This document shows, piece by piece, positions 25,351 to 38,210 of a stretch of 64,000 nt of DNA; within the stretch, counting starts at the first letter, position 1; each line of letters begins with the position of its first letter. Both the position numbers and the translations under genes were made by a program. The stretch comes from Octopus vulgaris (lineage: Eukaryota), in the NCBI GenBank assembly GCA_951406725.2, contig OX597834.1:6944001-7008000 (forward strand), written 5' to 3'. The notes below the pieces were generated by a model that saw only the letters and a program-made list of their open reading frames with translations, was not told the origin of the DNA and made no database searches.

Positions 25351-26749
25351 TGTATATTCCATGGTTTAAGATTGCCTGATTTCGAAATAACTAAGCTTTG
25401 AAAATATAAACAAACTTTCCTATTCTATATTTGAGTGGGTCGTTAAAGTTTGTTGATTAGTTTTCATTAGATGTGTTCAGACAACATCTTCCAAGGAACA
25501 AATCACTTTTATAAATGTTTCCCTAGAACAAAAAAAGCTTGAATGGTCACTAAAGAATATGCACAGGTTCAAAGGGAACTATTTTTCATTCTGTGAAGTA
25601 TGCAATGTCTACTGAGCTTGCTGGGTTTTGCTAGGGTTCTGGAACCTGTAGTATCGCTGAAAAGGTCGTTGGGAATTCTTATAAATCAATAACTTTTAAC
25701 TAATTTCATTCACTTTTCAGACTTGGTGAATTCTAACTTGAAATTCTGAATATTCTTTTTCCTTGAAATTAATATGAGAGAGAGAGGGGATGGGTGGAGA
25801 GGGGGGGAATCGATCCCAGTACTTGATTGATACTTTATTTATTAGCTCCGGAAAGATGAAAGACAAAGTTGACCGTAGCTCTATTTGAACTTAGAACTCA
25901 GAGAATCAAAATAAAGAGAGACCCACCAATGCCAGAACCAATTCCCCACCTTTTGTAAGACATATTAATTGTTGAAATAAGATAGGAGGGTCACGGTTGC
26001 AACGCTTTGATCATAATTTTGGTCGACCAGGGCTGACCTAGGGTTAACAAACAACAAAAAACAAACAACAACCGCACAAACAACTACACATATAATTGTG
26101 TTGAACAGTTCAAGTTGGTTGTTTTTGTTTTTTTATATTCTTGAAAAAGAAGAAAATTAGTTTTCTTTTCAGAAACTGAAAATTAATTCATCTACTTCAA
26201 TGCTTCGGAGTTTGTCAGTTTAATTATCACAGTTGAATTATTAATTACCAAAGTCTTGTGTTCTTTGCTCATGTAGCCTCTTCCTTACCGTTTCTGCTTC
26301 CATTGTTATTGTAAACAATATTATAAAATAAGGCATAGAAAACAAAGATCTGAAGGTGTGTCATGTTTTGAAGTGTGTTCTCTGTAATGAAATAGACTTT
26401 TTTATTTTAATATAGTACTAGTAATCGTTGTTGTTGTTGCTGTTGTTGATGTTGTTTTAACCCCAGGTCGGCCATGATTGAGCAGACCTATAATGCTACA
26501 TATTTCAGCTGTGACCATCTGATCATTTTTTTATCTGTATCAAGAACTAATGCGTGACCTTCACCTAAAGTGTATCCATCACATTTTAAGAGGCAATTTA
26601 TGAGAATTCAGCTGCATGGTCCAACCCATGCCAGCATGGAAAACAGACGTTAAAGGATGACGATGATATCTAGCAGCTCAAGGAAGTAGATTGAGTATCT
26701 TTCATTGGTCAGTATTATAATTGTTAGTAGTTAGCATATTAGACAAAAT

Positions 26750-26847
26750 GTGTGGCACCTTAGGCAAGTGACTTCTACTATAGCCTTGGGCTGACCAAAG
26801 CCTTGTGAGTGGATTTGGTAGATGGAAACTGAAAGAAGACCTTCGTA

Positions 26848-26896
<49 letters not shown>

Positions 26897-27124
26897 GTAT
26901 GTGTGTGTATATGTTTGTGTATCTGTGTTTGTTCACCCAACATTGCTTGACAACTGATGCTAGTGTGTTTACGACCCTGTAAGTTAGTGGTTCAGCAAAA
27001 GAGACTGATAGAATAAGTACTAGGCTTACAAAGAATAAGTACTGAGGTCGATTTGCTTGACTAAAGGGTGGTGCTCCAGCATGGCCACAGTCAAATGACT
27101 GAAACAAGTAAAAGAGTAAAGAGT
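26750..27124 (+). mobile_element. SINE family A, 5'-truncated
   Basis: Family consensus match. Confidence 0.85.
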
Positions 27125-27642
27125 GAATACAATAGGCATATATATATTATCTTTTATTCTTTTATCTCTCAACTTGTTTCAGTCATTTGACTGTGGCCAT
27201 GCTGGGGCACTGCCTTGCAGAAATTTCAGTCAAATGAATTGACCCAAGTATTATTTTGTAAAGTCAGTTTACTTAGCTGAACTACTAGGTTACAGGGATG
27301 TAAACACACCAACACCAGTTGTCAAGCAGTGATGGTGTGGACAAACACAGACACAAAGTCATGCGTGTGGACACACACACACACACACACAAATAATAGC
27401 AATAATAACTTGCAGGTGAAAATTCACTGGCTTTAAATAAAGCCTTTGAATTCCTAGCTGCATGTTATTATTGTTATTACTATATTTAGTCTAAGCCAAA
27501 AGGAGTTCTTTGTGTATAACCATGCCATTACCATTTGATTACCCCAGGAGATGGAGTTAACATATAGTAACCGACAAAAAGCATAGGAGCTTTTAAGAGC
27601 ACATTACAAGGCTTTGCCCGTACTAAACTAAATGGATATATA

Positions 27643-28608
27643 CAGGGTGGACCAAAATGATCTGACACATTTGGGGGCTTAAAAAAAGCTCAAAATAAGA
27701 AATAATGAAAAGAAAATTTTTATTTTCTGAATGTACATATAATACCATTTTATTTCATTAAGTTTTAAAAATTAAATCAGCTAAATGCTTCCCATCATTG
27801 TCAACACACTGTTGGAGACGTTCATGAAAGTTATCGATAACTCTATGGATCATTTCTTCTGGAATGGTGAAATGTGATTTCTTCTTGTGCAGATATTTAG
27901 AATCAAAAGTATTCAGTCATCGCCCTCGATTTATTGATGAATTAAAACATGCAATTTGTGCAGAAATATCAACCATTCCAGAAGAAATGATCCATAGAAT
28001 TATCGATAACTTTCACGAACGTCTCCAACAGTGTGTTGACAATGATGGGAAGCATTTAGCTGATTTAATTTTTAAAACTTAATGAAATAAAATGGCATTA
28101 TACTCTTTTCTCCTTTACTTGTTTCAGTCATTTGACTGCAGCCATGCTGGAGCACCGCCTTTGGTCGAGCAAATCGACCCCGGGACTTATTCTTTGTAAG
28201 CACAGTACTTATTCTATCGGTCTCTTTTGCCGAACCGCTAAGTGACGGGTACGTAAACACACCAGCATCGGTTGTCAAGCAATGCTAGGGGACAAACACA
28301 GACACACAAACACACACACATACATATATATATACATATATACGACAGGCTTCTTTCAGTTTCCGTCTACCAAATCCACTCACAAAGCATTGGTCGGCCC
28401 AAGGCTATAGCAGAAGACACTTGCCCAAGATGCCACGCAGTGGGACTGAACTCGGAACCATGTGGTTGGTTAGCAAGCTACTTACCACACAGCCACTCCT
28501 GCGCCTATATATTATATGTACATTCAAAAAATAAATTTTTTCTTTTCATTATTTCTTATTTTGTGCTTTTATTAAGCCTCCAAATGTGTCAGATCATTTT
28601 GGTCCACC

Positions 28609-28610
<2 letters not shown>
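27643..28610. mobile_element. Fold-back element made of two right ends of a mariner-like transposon; right arm interrupted by a SINE
   Basis: TIR CAGGGTGGACCAAAATGATCTGACACATTTG at both ends; ORF CDFFLCRYLESKVF..IDELKHAI..NFHERLQQC..GKHL is a transposase C-terminus, mirrored at 27747-27868. Confidence 0.85.
28103..28505 (-). mobile_element. SINE family A nested in the fold-back transposon
   Basis: Consensus match; ATTATA duplicated at the flanks. Confidence 0.9.
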
Positions 28611-28654
<44 letters not shown>

Positions 28655-29212
28655 TGAATTTCTTTCAGTTTCCAACTACCCTATCCACTTACAGGACTTT
28701 GGTCAGCCAGAGGCTGTAGTAGAAGACACTTTCCCAAGGTATCACACAGCGGGGCTGAACCCAGAACCATGTGGTTGAGAAACAAGCTCCTTACCACACA
28801 GCCATTCGTGTGTGCCGATGACAATCATTGTAATGATTTAATATTGTAATCGTTTCTAAAAGACAGGTGAGATGAAGAATTTGAGAACAGGTGTTAGTTG
28901 ACTAAATCCACCCCAATCCTTTCTTGGTATCATTTCTTTCTTTTATCGTTGCCAAATTAGTGGCAGGCAATGTCAGCTACTGTAGGATTTGAACTGAGAA
29001 CATAAAGAGCTGGAACAATTACTCCTATTCTTTCTTCCAACACTAACGATTCTCAGCCACATGGTTCTGTGTTCAGTCCCAACATGTAGCACCTTGGGCA
29101 AGTGATCAAATGCTTGTGAATGGATTTGGTAGGCAGAAAGTGAGAGAAGCCTGTCATATGTGTGTGTATGTATGTTTCTGCATTTGTCCCCCACCATGCC
29201 TTAACGATAAGT

Positions 29213-29442
29213 TATTTCTTTACTACCCACAAGGGGCTAAACATAGAGAGGACAAACAAGGACAGACAAACAGATTAAGTCGGTTATATCGACCCCAGTG
29301 CGTAACTGGTACTTAATTTATCGACCCCGAAAGGATGAAAGGTAGAGTCGACCTCGGCGGAATTTGAACTCAGAACGTAATGCCAGACGAAATACGGCTC
29401 CGCTTTTCGCCCGGCGTGCTAACGTTTCTGCCAGCTCGCCTT
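29213..29442 (-). mobile_element. SINE family B monomer nested in a decayed family-A copy; TSD (GCCTT)AACGATAAGT
   Basis: Flanking direct repeat ending at 29212 and 29452. Confidence 0.85.
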
Positions 29443-29849
29443 AACGATAAGTGCCTGTTTTCATCCCTGTAACTTAGCAGTTCAGCAAAATAGACCAATA
29501 GAATAATTTCCAGGTTTCAAAAAAAAAAGTACTGGGTTGATTCGTTCAAACTTCTTCAATGAAGTGCCCCAGCATGGCCACAGTCTAATTACTGAAACAA
29601 GTAAAAAAAAAAAGATGCGAGTATTTTAGTAAAATATTTAATTTTGTACACATAATGTCAATATGTTTGCATTTTAGATATTAATCGAAATATTTAATCA
29701 TAAATACTTTTGATCCTAAGACTGCTCATTGAGGGCTGACATGGGACTAGACAACAACAACAAGAACATCACACATACAGGTACATGCAAAGAAATTGTA
29801 TATGGTCATTGGAAGTGCTAGAAATAGTTGCGAAACTCTTTCAAAATAT

Positions 29850-30445
29850 GCTGTGGTGTCTGGGGAGAGTCATTTTCTTTTTGTGCCTTATAATGTAACA
29901 CACTCATTAAAATAGCAGTTCTGCAATGTAACTTTCAAAGACTATTGAAAAGGTTGCTAGACACAACGAAAATTTTAGGAAAATAAAAATTAAGAACGTG
30001 ACGTATATTTGCCATTTAAATATGGCTAACTCCTAAGGGTGGATGCTACTGTAGTTTGTAGCCCCAGGAGGACACCTCCTCCAGCTGACTATAGACGCAC
30101 TTTCTGTGCCCTATTAGTATTTGCAAAGGGAAGCCATCCTTCCCGTCTCCAACTTATGATACACACGGACTCGAGTTTCTGGATATTGACCCGTCATCGG
30201 CGTGTGACAATCACGGTTGTCGATGAAAAGTAGGTTCCCTTCACAAACACTTATACTTTTTCCAGTATCGCAAAGACACTGATATCGAAAAGGTGTAAAT
30301 AAGCAACAATAAATCTTAGAGCGAGTTATAAACAGTAGCTGCAACACATCGTGACGTATATTTGCCGTGGAAATTTTACCGGTGAGTGTGTTACATAATA
30401 AGGCACAAAAACAAAAAAGAATCTTCCCAGACACACCATAATATG
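29850..30445 (-). mobile_element. Non-coding HHR-bearing element with inverted ends and an internal 17-bp direct repeat
   Basis: 29850-29906 is inverted relative to 30383-30445; CGTGACGTATATTTGCC at 29997 and 30350; homologous to 38211-38500 and overlaps 32539-32566. Confidence 0.75.
30162..30206 (-). ncRNA. Type I hammerhead motif (U4C core substitution)
   Basis: CACACG-CCGAUGA-C-GGGU(caau)AUCC-A-GAAA-CUCGAG-UC-CGUGUG. Confidence 0.7.
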
Positions 30446-30568
30446 CTTCAACACACGAACTCATATAAAGAATCTTGCAAACCAAATCCGAAAACAGGAT
30501 CTTTCAAAACATGCCCAGCTTAGAATTGAAACTACACATTAAACGGTACAGTGTTAGATATACGAAAA

Positions 30569-31250
30569 TACAGGGTTCTCAAGGTTGGTGTGTATCTTTG
30601 ATCACTGATCTGCTTGATCACAGCTGACCTCGGGCTCTATAGCAACAATAAATGTTCAAGATCCGGCTTGTAACAGAGATATTGATAGGAATTATGAATG
30701 CCATTGTAAGAATAGAATCCTTAACTTCGTCTGTTTTCCCAATTATCTTCATTTTTCGAGCTTCTGTTATCTGTAACTTTTGCATAACCAACATTATGCA
30801 CAACTACTGCACAATTTCGTTATTGAAACCATGTATCAAGGGAAACCGATGACATGCTTGCATATTTCAATGGATTCTCACTTTGTATAGTTTATAATGG
30901 CGTTTTAACAGCAGGGGTTCTATGATCTTCAAATGGATGTTTTCCAGTTGAAAGGCTCTTATGAAGACATTTTGTTTCTTCAAAATGTTTAATCAAACAT
31001 GTTATAGCACTTAAACAGAACCGATTATCAGAAAGACCATGGTTCTTCTTATTAACACACACATCGTTTCTGTGGCATTGTCATCAATATAATAACACAA
31101 ACGAGTAATATCCAGCAATGTACACAAATCCTTTATACTTTTCACCTTTTGATAAAACAAGCGGTCAAATAGATGTACTCAGCTTTATCACGGAAGCGTC
31201 AGAACCTCTGAAATGGCAAAGGTCAATTACTGAACCCAGTATGGGAATTA
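30569..31250 (-). mobile_element. Decayed mariner-like transposon (HTH N-terminus)
   Basis: TA|CAGGGTTCTCAAGG end; minus-strand SAITCLIKHFEETK..STGKHP resembles LIKKFEETG..SGRP. Confidence 0.45.
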
Positions 31251-31342
31251 TACATACATACATTCATACATACGTACATACGTACAAACATACATACATA
31301 CATGCATGCACACATACATACATACATTCATACATACATACA

Positions 31343-31740
31343 TGGCTGTGTGATAAGTAGCTTGCTAACCAACCACATGGTTCCGGATTCAGTCCCACTG
31401 CGTGGCATCTTGGGTAAGTGTCTTCTGCTATAGCCCCGGGCCGACAAATGCCTTGTGAGTGGATTTGGTAGACGGAAACTGAAAGAAGCCCGTCGTATAT
31501 ATGTATATATATATGTATGTGCGTGTTTGTGTGTCTGTGTTTGTCCCCCCTCCCCAACATCGCTTGACAACCGATGCTGGTGTGTTTACGTCCCCGTAAC
31601 TTAGCGGTTCGGCAAAAAAGAGGCCGATAAAATAAGTTCTAGGCTTACAAAGAATAAATCCCGGGGTTGATTTGATCGACTAAAGGAGGTGCTCCAGCAT
31701 GGCCGCAGTCACATGACTGAAACAAGTAAAAGAGTAAAGA

Positions 31741-31742
<2 letters not shown>
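31343..31742 (+). mobile_element. SINE family A
   Basis: Family consensus match. Confidence 0.9.
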
Positions 31743-31783
<41 letters not shown>

Positions 31784-32126
31784 AACACACACACGCTTAT
31801 ACAGATAGATAAATAAATGGATAGCTAGATAAATACATAGATAGATAAATACATACATGCATGCGTATATATATGTAAATATATCCATTTAGTGAGCATT
31901 ACTGGAAGAAAGAACACTTAATATCAAAGAGATTAATAACAATTTTCTTTTGGTTGAGCAAGTTTCTTGCTACTTGCTGTCCAGGGTTTTGTTGTGTGTT
32001 CAAATGTCTTCAGGATGGGCTGAGGATACACCTTGTGAATGCACAGGTAAGAGACCGACAAGACTAATTTAAGATGTGAGATACTTTTCTATACTCCTCT
32101 TTCTCTCTCTTTTATATACACACATG

Positions 32127-32174
<48 letters not shown>

Positions 32175-32179
<5 letters not shown>

Positions 32180-32406
32180 TTTACTACCCACAAGGGGCTA
32201 AACATAGAGGGGACAAACAAGGACAGACAAACGGATTAAGTCGATTACATCGACTCCATTGTGTAACTGGTACTTAATTTATCGACCCCGAAAGGGTGAA
32301 AGGCAAAGTCGACCTCGGCAGAATTTGAACCCAGAACGTAACAGCAGACGAAATACCGCTAAGCATTTCGCCCGGCGTGCTAACGTTTCTGCCAACTCGC
32401 CGCCTT
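32175..32406 (-). mobile_element. SINE family B monomer with complete head AAGGCGGCGAG
   Basis: Consensus match. Confidence 0.9.
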
Positions 32407-32411
32407 ATATA

Positions 32412-32567
32412 TATTAATCATGACAATTGTTTCGCCGTGTGTAGCATCGATCTCTCATGGGAGGGACACTCGACAACTAGTTCAGTAGCATCCGGCAGTG
32501 CAGATATATCTCATCAGGGGATAATTAGACGCAACTCGTTAAAATAGCAGTTCCGCAATGTAACTTC
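32412..32567 (-). mobile_element. Fragment of the 29850-30445 family with a second, irregular HHR-like motif
   Basis: Shares TTAAAATAGCAGTTC(C/T)GCAATGTAACTT; minus strand CUGAUGA..GCCG..CGGC-GAAA-CAAUUG-UC. Confidence 0.5.
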
Positions 32568-32711
32568 TCGTTTTGTAGAAAGAAAAGCAGCAAATCGAAG
32601 GAAATATCTTCATTTACATAGAATAACCAAAATAAAATTCCAAATGAAGAAAAGAGAAACGAACATGCGTATATCTCTGTGTGTGTGTGTATATATATAT
32701 ACATATATATA

Positions 32712-33698
32712 TTATCATCATCATTATCATCATCATTTAACGTCTGTTTTCCATGCTAGCACGGGTTGGACGGTTCGACCAGGTTCTGGAAAGCCATGGA
32801 GGCTGCACCAGGCTCTAGTCTGATTTGGCAGTGTTTCTACAGCTGTATGCCCTTCCTAACGCCAACCATTCTGTGAGTGTAGTGGGTGTTTTTACGTCGC
32901 ACTGGCACAGGTGTCAGAGGAGGCTGGCAAACGGCCACAATCGGTTGGTGCTTTTACGTGTCATCGACACGGCCGCCAGTCAGGTGGCGCTGGCATCTGC
33001 CACATTCGGACAATGCTTTCTTACGTGTCATCGGCACGGGTGTCTTAACTACAATTTCCATTTGATTTTTATTTTGATGTTGGTGTTAACGTACTTGACT
33101 TAATAGGTCTCCTCAAGAACAGCGGGTCACTCTACGATCCAAGGTTAACACAGCAGGCCATCCTGCGAGCCGTAAACTCACTTCATTTGTCAGGTCTTCA
33201 CAATCACTGCATATCTCAGGGGTCTCGGTCTTCATCATTTCCTCTGTGAGGTCCTACGTGCCACCGGCACGGGTGTCACAACTACAATATCCATACGATT
33301 TTTATTTTGATGTTGATGAACTTGACTCAATAGGTCTCCTCAAACAGAGCAGGCCATTCTGCAAGCCATGAACTCACTTCATTTGTCGGGTCTTCGAAGT
33401 CACAGCATATCTCCAGAGGTCTCGTTCTTTCGTCATAGCCACTATGAGACTCAAAGTACGAAGGTCACGCTTGACCAACTCGTCCCATGTTTTCCTGGGT
33501 CTAACTCTACCACGGATTCCTTCAACAGTTTGAGAGTGGCACTTCTTCACACATCTTGCCTCATCCATCCATAGTACATGACCATACCAACGCAATCGTC
33601 TCTCCTGCACGCTGCATCCGATGATTCTTATGCCCAACATTTCTCTCAAGGCGCTTACACTCTGTCGTGCATGGACACTGACATTACACATCCAGCAG
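32712..33698 (-). mobile_element. 5'-truncated RTE-clade LINE (ORF C-terminus plus 3' UTR with internal duplication)
   Basis: WMCNVSV..LREMLGI..QERRLRWYGHV..GRVRPRKTWDELVKRDL..RDLWR; (ATG)n tail. Confidence 0.9.
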
Positions 33699-33825
33699 AT
33701 TGTGAAAATCCCTCAGTAACAATGGGCTACTCAGCTAGTATATATATATATATCCATGTTGATTCGTTAGCTACTGCACGCATTTTTTTTCTCTCCTTCT
33801 TTCTGTGTTTTTCTCTCTCTGTGTA

Positions 33826-33863
33826 TCTTTCTGTTGAAGAGCGTAGGCTCGAAACGTTAAAGA
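33826..33863 (+). ncRNA. Minimal hammerhead-like variant (extra A after core) in a short element 33755-33962
   Basis: UCUUU-CUGUUGA-A-GAGC(guag)GCUC-GAAA-CG-UU-AAAGA. Confidence 0.55.
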
Positions 33864-34010
33864 CTTGTTTTATTTATATTTCCTGAGCGCCATACTAATA
33901 CAATAGTTTGTTTGTTTTCCACCTGCCTTCGTCTTTTGTTTATTTTCATAAAGCTTCCCGTTATATATATAATGTATGTGTGTATACATATACATACACA
34001 CACACATATA

Positions 34011-34086
<76 letters not shown>

Positions 34087-34276
34087 CATATACACATGTA
34101 TACATAAAAATATATTGATGTGTGTGTGTGGAATATACACACATATATGTGAGCATCTATATACGTACATGTATCTATGTATGTATCCTGTGAGTGCACG
34201 TATATATATACATATATACATGTATGTATATATATATATATATATACATATATATATACACACACACACACACATG

Positions 34277-34320
<44 letters not shown>

Positions 34321-34349
34321 TATGCATGCAAGCATACATTTACAGCTAT

Positions 34350-34380
<31 letters not shown>

Positions 34381-34640
34381 CTGTTAATATTTCATTTGAT
34401 TTCCTTAGGGAGAATCCATAAATCTTTACCAAGATTTCAGACTTACAACATGTGGCATCCAATACTAAAAGCGATGAAGAGTCCATTGTAGGAGCGATGT
34501 CTGCTGTGTCGTCACGGTTCGGTGATTACATTAAACTTTATTGCTGATCCATCAATGTTGATCGGTTGTTTTCGCCTCTCTTGCTTCCGCATCACTTCAG
34601 AATTGGTTCAAACTGTTAATACGTCTTCTTCATCCCGGCC

Positions 34641-35055
34641 TTTACTCTTTAACTCTTTTACTTGTTTCAGTCATTTTGACTGCGGCCATGCTGTAGCACC
34701 GCCTTTTAGTCGAGCAACTCGACCCCGGGACTTATTCCTTTGTAAGCCCAGTACTTATTCTATTGGTCTCTTTTTGCCAAACCGCTAGGTGACGGGGACA
34801 TAAACACACCAGCATCGGTTGTCAAGCAATGCTAGGGGGACAAACACAGACACACAAACATACGCACACACACACATATATATACATATATCCGACGGGC
34901 TTCTTTCAGTTTCCGTCTACCAAATCCACTCACAAGGCTTTGGTCGGCCCGAGGCTATAGTAGAAGACACTTGCCCAAGATGCCACGCAGTGGGACTGAA
35001 CCCGGAACCATGTGGTTGGTAGGCAAGCTACTTACCACACAGCCACTCCTGCGCC
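34641..35055 (-). mobile_element. SINE family A
   Basis: Family consensus match. Confidence 0.9.
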
Positions 35056-35264
35056 TTTGTCATAATTTTTTCCATTTCTGTTTGTATGGGTGGAGGCAGC
35101 ACACTCATTCTCAGCCTCTTCATCATCATCATCCTGAACATGACGATGATGATGATGATCACTATGAAGATCATGATCCCCATCATTATCCTCTTCATCA
35201 TCATCATCATCACCATTATGATCTCTATCATTATCCTCATCATCATCACTGCCACCATCATCAT

Positions 35265-35632
35265 TGGAGGCGCAATGGCCCAGTGGTTAGGGCAGTGGAC
35301 TCGTGGTTGGAGGATCGAGGTTTCGATCCCCAGACCGGGCGTTGTGTGGGTTTATTGAGCGAAAACGCCTAAAGCTCCACCAGGCTCCGGCAGGGGGTGG
35401 TGGCGACCCCCGTTGTACTCTTTCGCCCCAACTTTCCCTCACTCTTTCTTCCTGTTTCTTGCCCCCGACTTCCTACGCAACCGCTGAGCCTGGATGCGCA
35501 TTCATCCATCCATAGATGCTCTCAGTGTCGGGGGTTGACCTGCTTTCTCTTCTGTGGGTCTTACGAATAGCAAAGGACCACATTTCGGACTTCTCCCACT
35601 GCGAGCTCTGGGACGAAGACCGCTTCGCTCAA
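35265..35632 (+). mobile_element. SINE family C, tail type 2, inserted in (CAT)n
   Basis: Matches 20382-20746. Confidence 0.85.
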
Positions 35633-35660
35633 CAGCAACAGCAACAGCCATCATCATCAG

Positions 35661-35693
<33 letters not shown>

Positions 35694-35940
35694 TAAGGTG
35701 GTGAACCGGCAGAATCGTTAGCAAGCCGGACTAAATGCTTCGAGGCATTTCTTTAATTTCTCAACAGTCTGAGTTGAAATCCTGCCAAGGTCACCTTTGT
35801 CTTGCATTCTTCTGGGTTTGATAAAATAAAGTGCCATTTGTGCATGGGGGTTGATGTAACCGAGTTCCTTCTACCCTCAAAACTGCTGATCCCATGTCAA
35901 AATTAAAAAGAACTATCATCATCATCATCATATTAATTGT

Positions 35941-36493
35941 CTGGAAGCCATTCAGCGACGTGCAACCAAGAGAATACTCTCCATCAGGCATTTGCCATAT
36001 TCTGAACGCCATATTCTGAACGCCTTACTTCCCTGGGCATGGACACATTGAAACTCCGACGTCTGGCAGCTGACTTGGCAGACACCCATAAAATTATTAA
36101 CCATCTTACAAACAATAACTCTGAGCACCTTTTCAAACTCCACCCATCTAACACCCGTGGACATATTTACAAAGTCAGAAAACAGCACAGCTCCCATGAC
36201 TTTGGGAAACATTTTTTCATGCTAAGAGTTGCTGAAGCATGGAACAAACTGCCGGCATCAGTTGTTAGTTGTCGGAGCACCGCATCCTTCAAAACTTTCA
36301 TGCTTCCTGAGATTCGCCAACACTACACCTGATTTTCTCCCCTCCATACACACGCAAGCATGTACCTGACTCATACACTGGTCACTTTCCAGGCATTTGT
36401 ACATTACTGCATATGCTTTATATGCACTTTTTGACAAATTGTGGTGCACCTGAGCACTGTATACAATAATTTCATTATTATTATTATTATTAT
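35941..36493 (+). mobile_element. CR1-group LINE 3' fragment with (ATT)n tail
   Basis: TLKLRRLAADL..HKII..NTRGHIYKV..KHFFMLRVAEAWNKLPASVV..FK. Confidence 0.85.
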
Positions 36494-36574
36494 TTCCATT
36501 TCACTTCTCAGAGCCCTTGATTTCACTTGCTCTGGCTAATTCTGTAAGTGTGTCTACAAAAACCTGTTGTCAAG

Positions 36575-36947
36575 GGTCTCACAGTGTCTCTTTCCATGAT
36601 ACTTAACACTCAAGGACCAATCTGAAAATCGTCAGAGTCCCCAATAAAGCTGTTTTCTGAGCATGTTCTTACCCCATGTCAATCTAAATTTCTGCAACAA
36701 ATTCCTTGCTCAAACCTGGTTGCTAATGTTCCAGATGCCCCTACAGCTACTGGCGTGGCTGTTACTTTCTTCATTGCCTGCATTCATGCAATCTTTTCCA
36801 GTTCTTTGTCATCAACTTTTCCACCCCCAGGTATAGCAATATCTATGATCTTGGTTTCTTTCGTTATTTTATCAACCTCAACAATATCTGGTGTCCGAGC
36901 ATCAATCACTGAAGCACACTGGCTTCTAAAAATCCCACAAGATCTTA
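36575..36947 (-). pseudogene. Restriction-like endonuclease domain of an R4/Dong-type non-LTR element
   Basis: KILWDF..IDARTPDIVEVDK..TKIIDIAIPG..KELEK..PVAVGASGT..QKTALLGT. Confidence 0.8.
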
Positions 36948-37104
36948 AACTCATTATCAGGCCCTACTTATTGTGCCATCGGTCTCTTTGGTTGAACCTT
37001 TTAACTGGAATGTAAGCAAAATAACAGCACTTGTCAAGTGGTGAGGATGGGGGAGGAAGCAGACATAAAGACAAAGACACACAACACCTATATATGTATA
37101 GGGC

Positions 37105-37535
37105 GACCACTTACCTTGGATCGTAGGGCGACCTGCTGTGCCTGAGGAGACCTATCGTGTCAAGTACTTCACCATCAACATCAAAAAATCAAATGGAAAT
37201 TGTAGTTGTGATACCTCTGCCGGTGGCACATAAAATGCACCATCCGTACATGGTCGATGCCAGCTCTGCCTTGACTGGCTTCCATGCCGGTGGCACGTAA
37301 AAAGCACCAACCAATTGTGGCCGTTGCCAGCCTCCCCTGGCACCTGTACTGGTGGCATGTAAAAAGCACCCACTACACTCACGGTGTGGTTGGCGTTAGG
37401 AAGGGCATCCAGCTGTAGAAACACTGCCAGATCAGACTGGAGCCTGGTGCAGTCTCCTGGCTTCTCGGACCCCAGTCGAACCATCAAACCCATGCTAGCA
37501 TGAAAAATGGGCGTTAAACGATGATAATGATGATA
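37105..37535 (+). mobile_element. RTE-type LINE 3' UTR fragment
   Basis: Reverse complement of 32712-33150. Confidence 0.85.
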
Positions 37536-37583
37536 AATGCTACACAACTCTGTATGTATATGTATTATAAGTAAATCTGTATG

Positions 37584-37618
<35 letters not shown>

Positions 37619-38210
37619 TAGATAGATAGATATATATATATATTTAAATAATGAGGGAGATAAATTTTATATTAATTTAATTAATATCAATTTAAAACCA
37701 GTAGCCTAGCATACAAAAATCTGAAAACTCAGAGAATATTTATATATATATATATATAGATAGACAGATATACTGGCTAAAATAAGTTTAAGACCGATGA
37801 TGACAGTTCTATTCAGTCATTAATTTATTTTTAACAAAACTATATAAGTTTATGTAGATTTTTTTTCTCTTTCGAATGATTTCGGCGTTTTATATCTTTC
37901 TACAATTTGAATAATTTTAATGCACAATTAATTCAAATGATTGAAAATTGTCGGCGAAATAAGTTTAAGACCGTACCAACATTATTTTGTTTGGATTGAA
38001 AATTTATGGCACAAATAATCAATGAACAAAAATATATTATTCGTATCTAGTTCCATAGCCATTATTTTCAATTATGGCCTTATAATGGCGGGACATGGAG
38101 TTCAAAAAACGAGCACAAAAATCACTTGGAATGTTCTAGCATATTTCTTCAATAAAATCATATGGTTGGAAAAAATTTGTTTGTTATTTAGCATGAACTC
38201 TGTTAGAAAC

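Noticed and set aside
31955-32020. Minus-strand CUGAAGA..GAAAC
   Set aside because: Stems I, II and III do not pair
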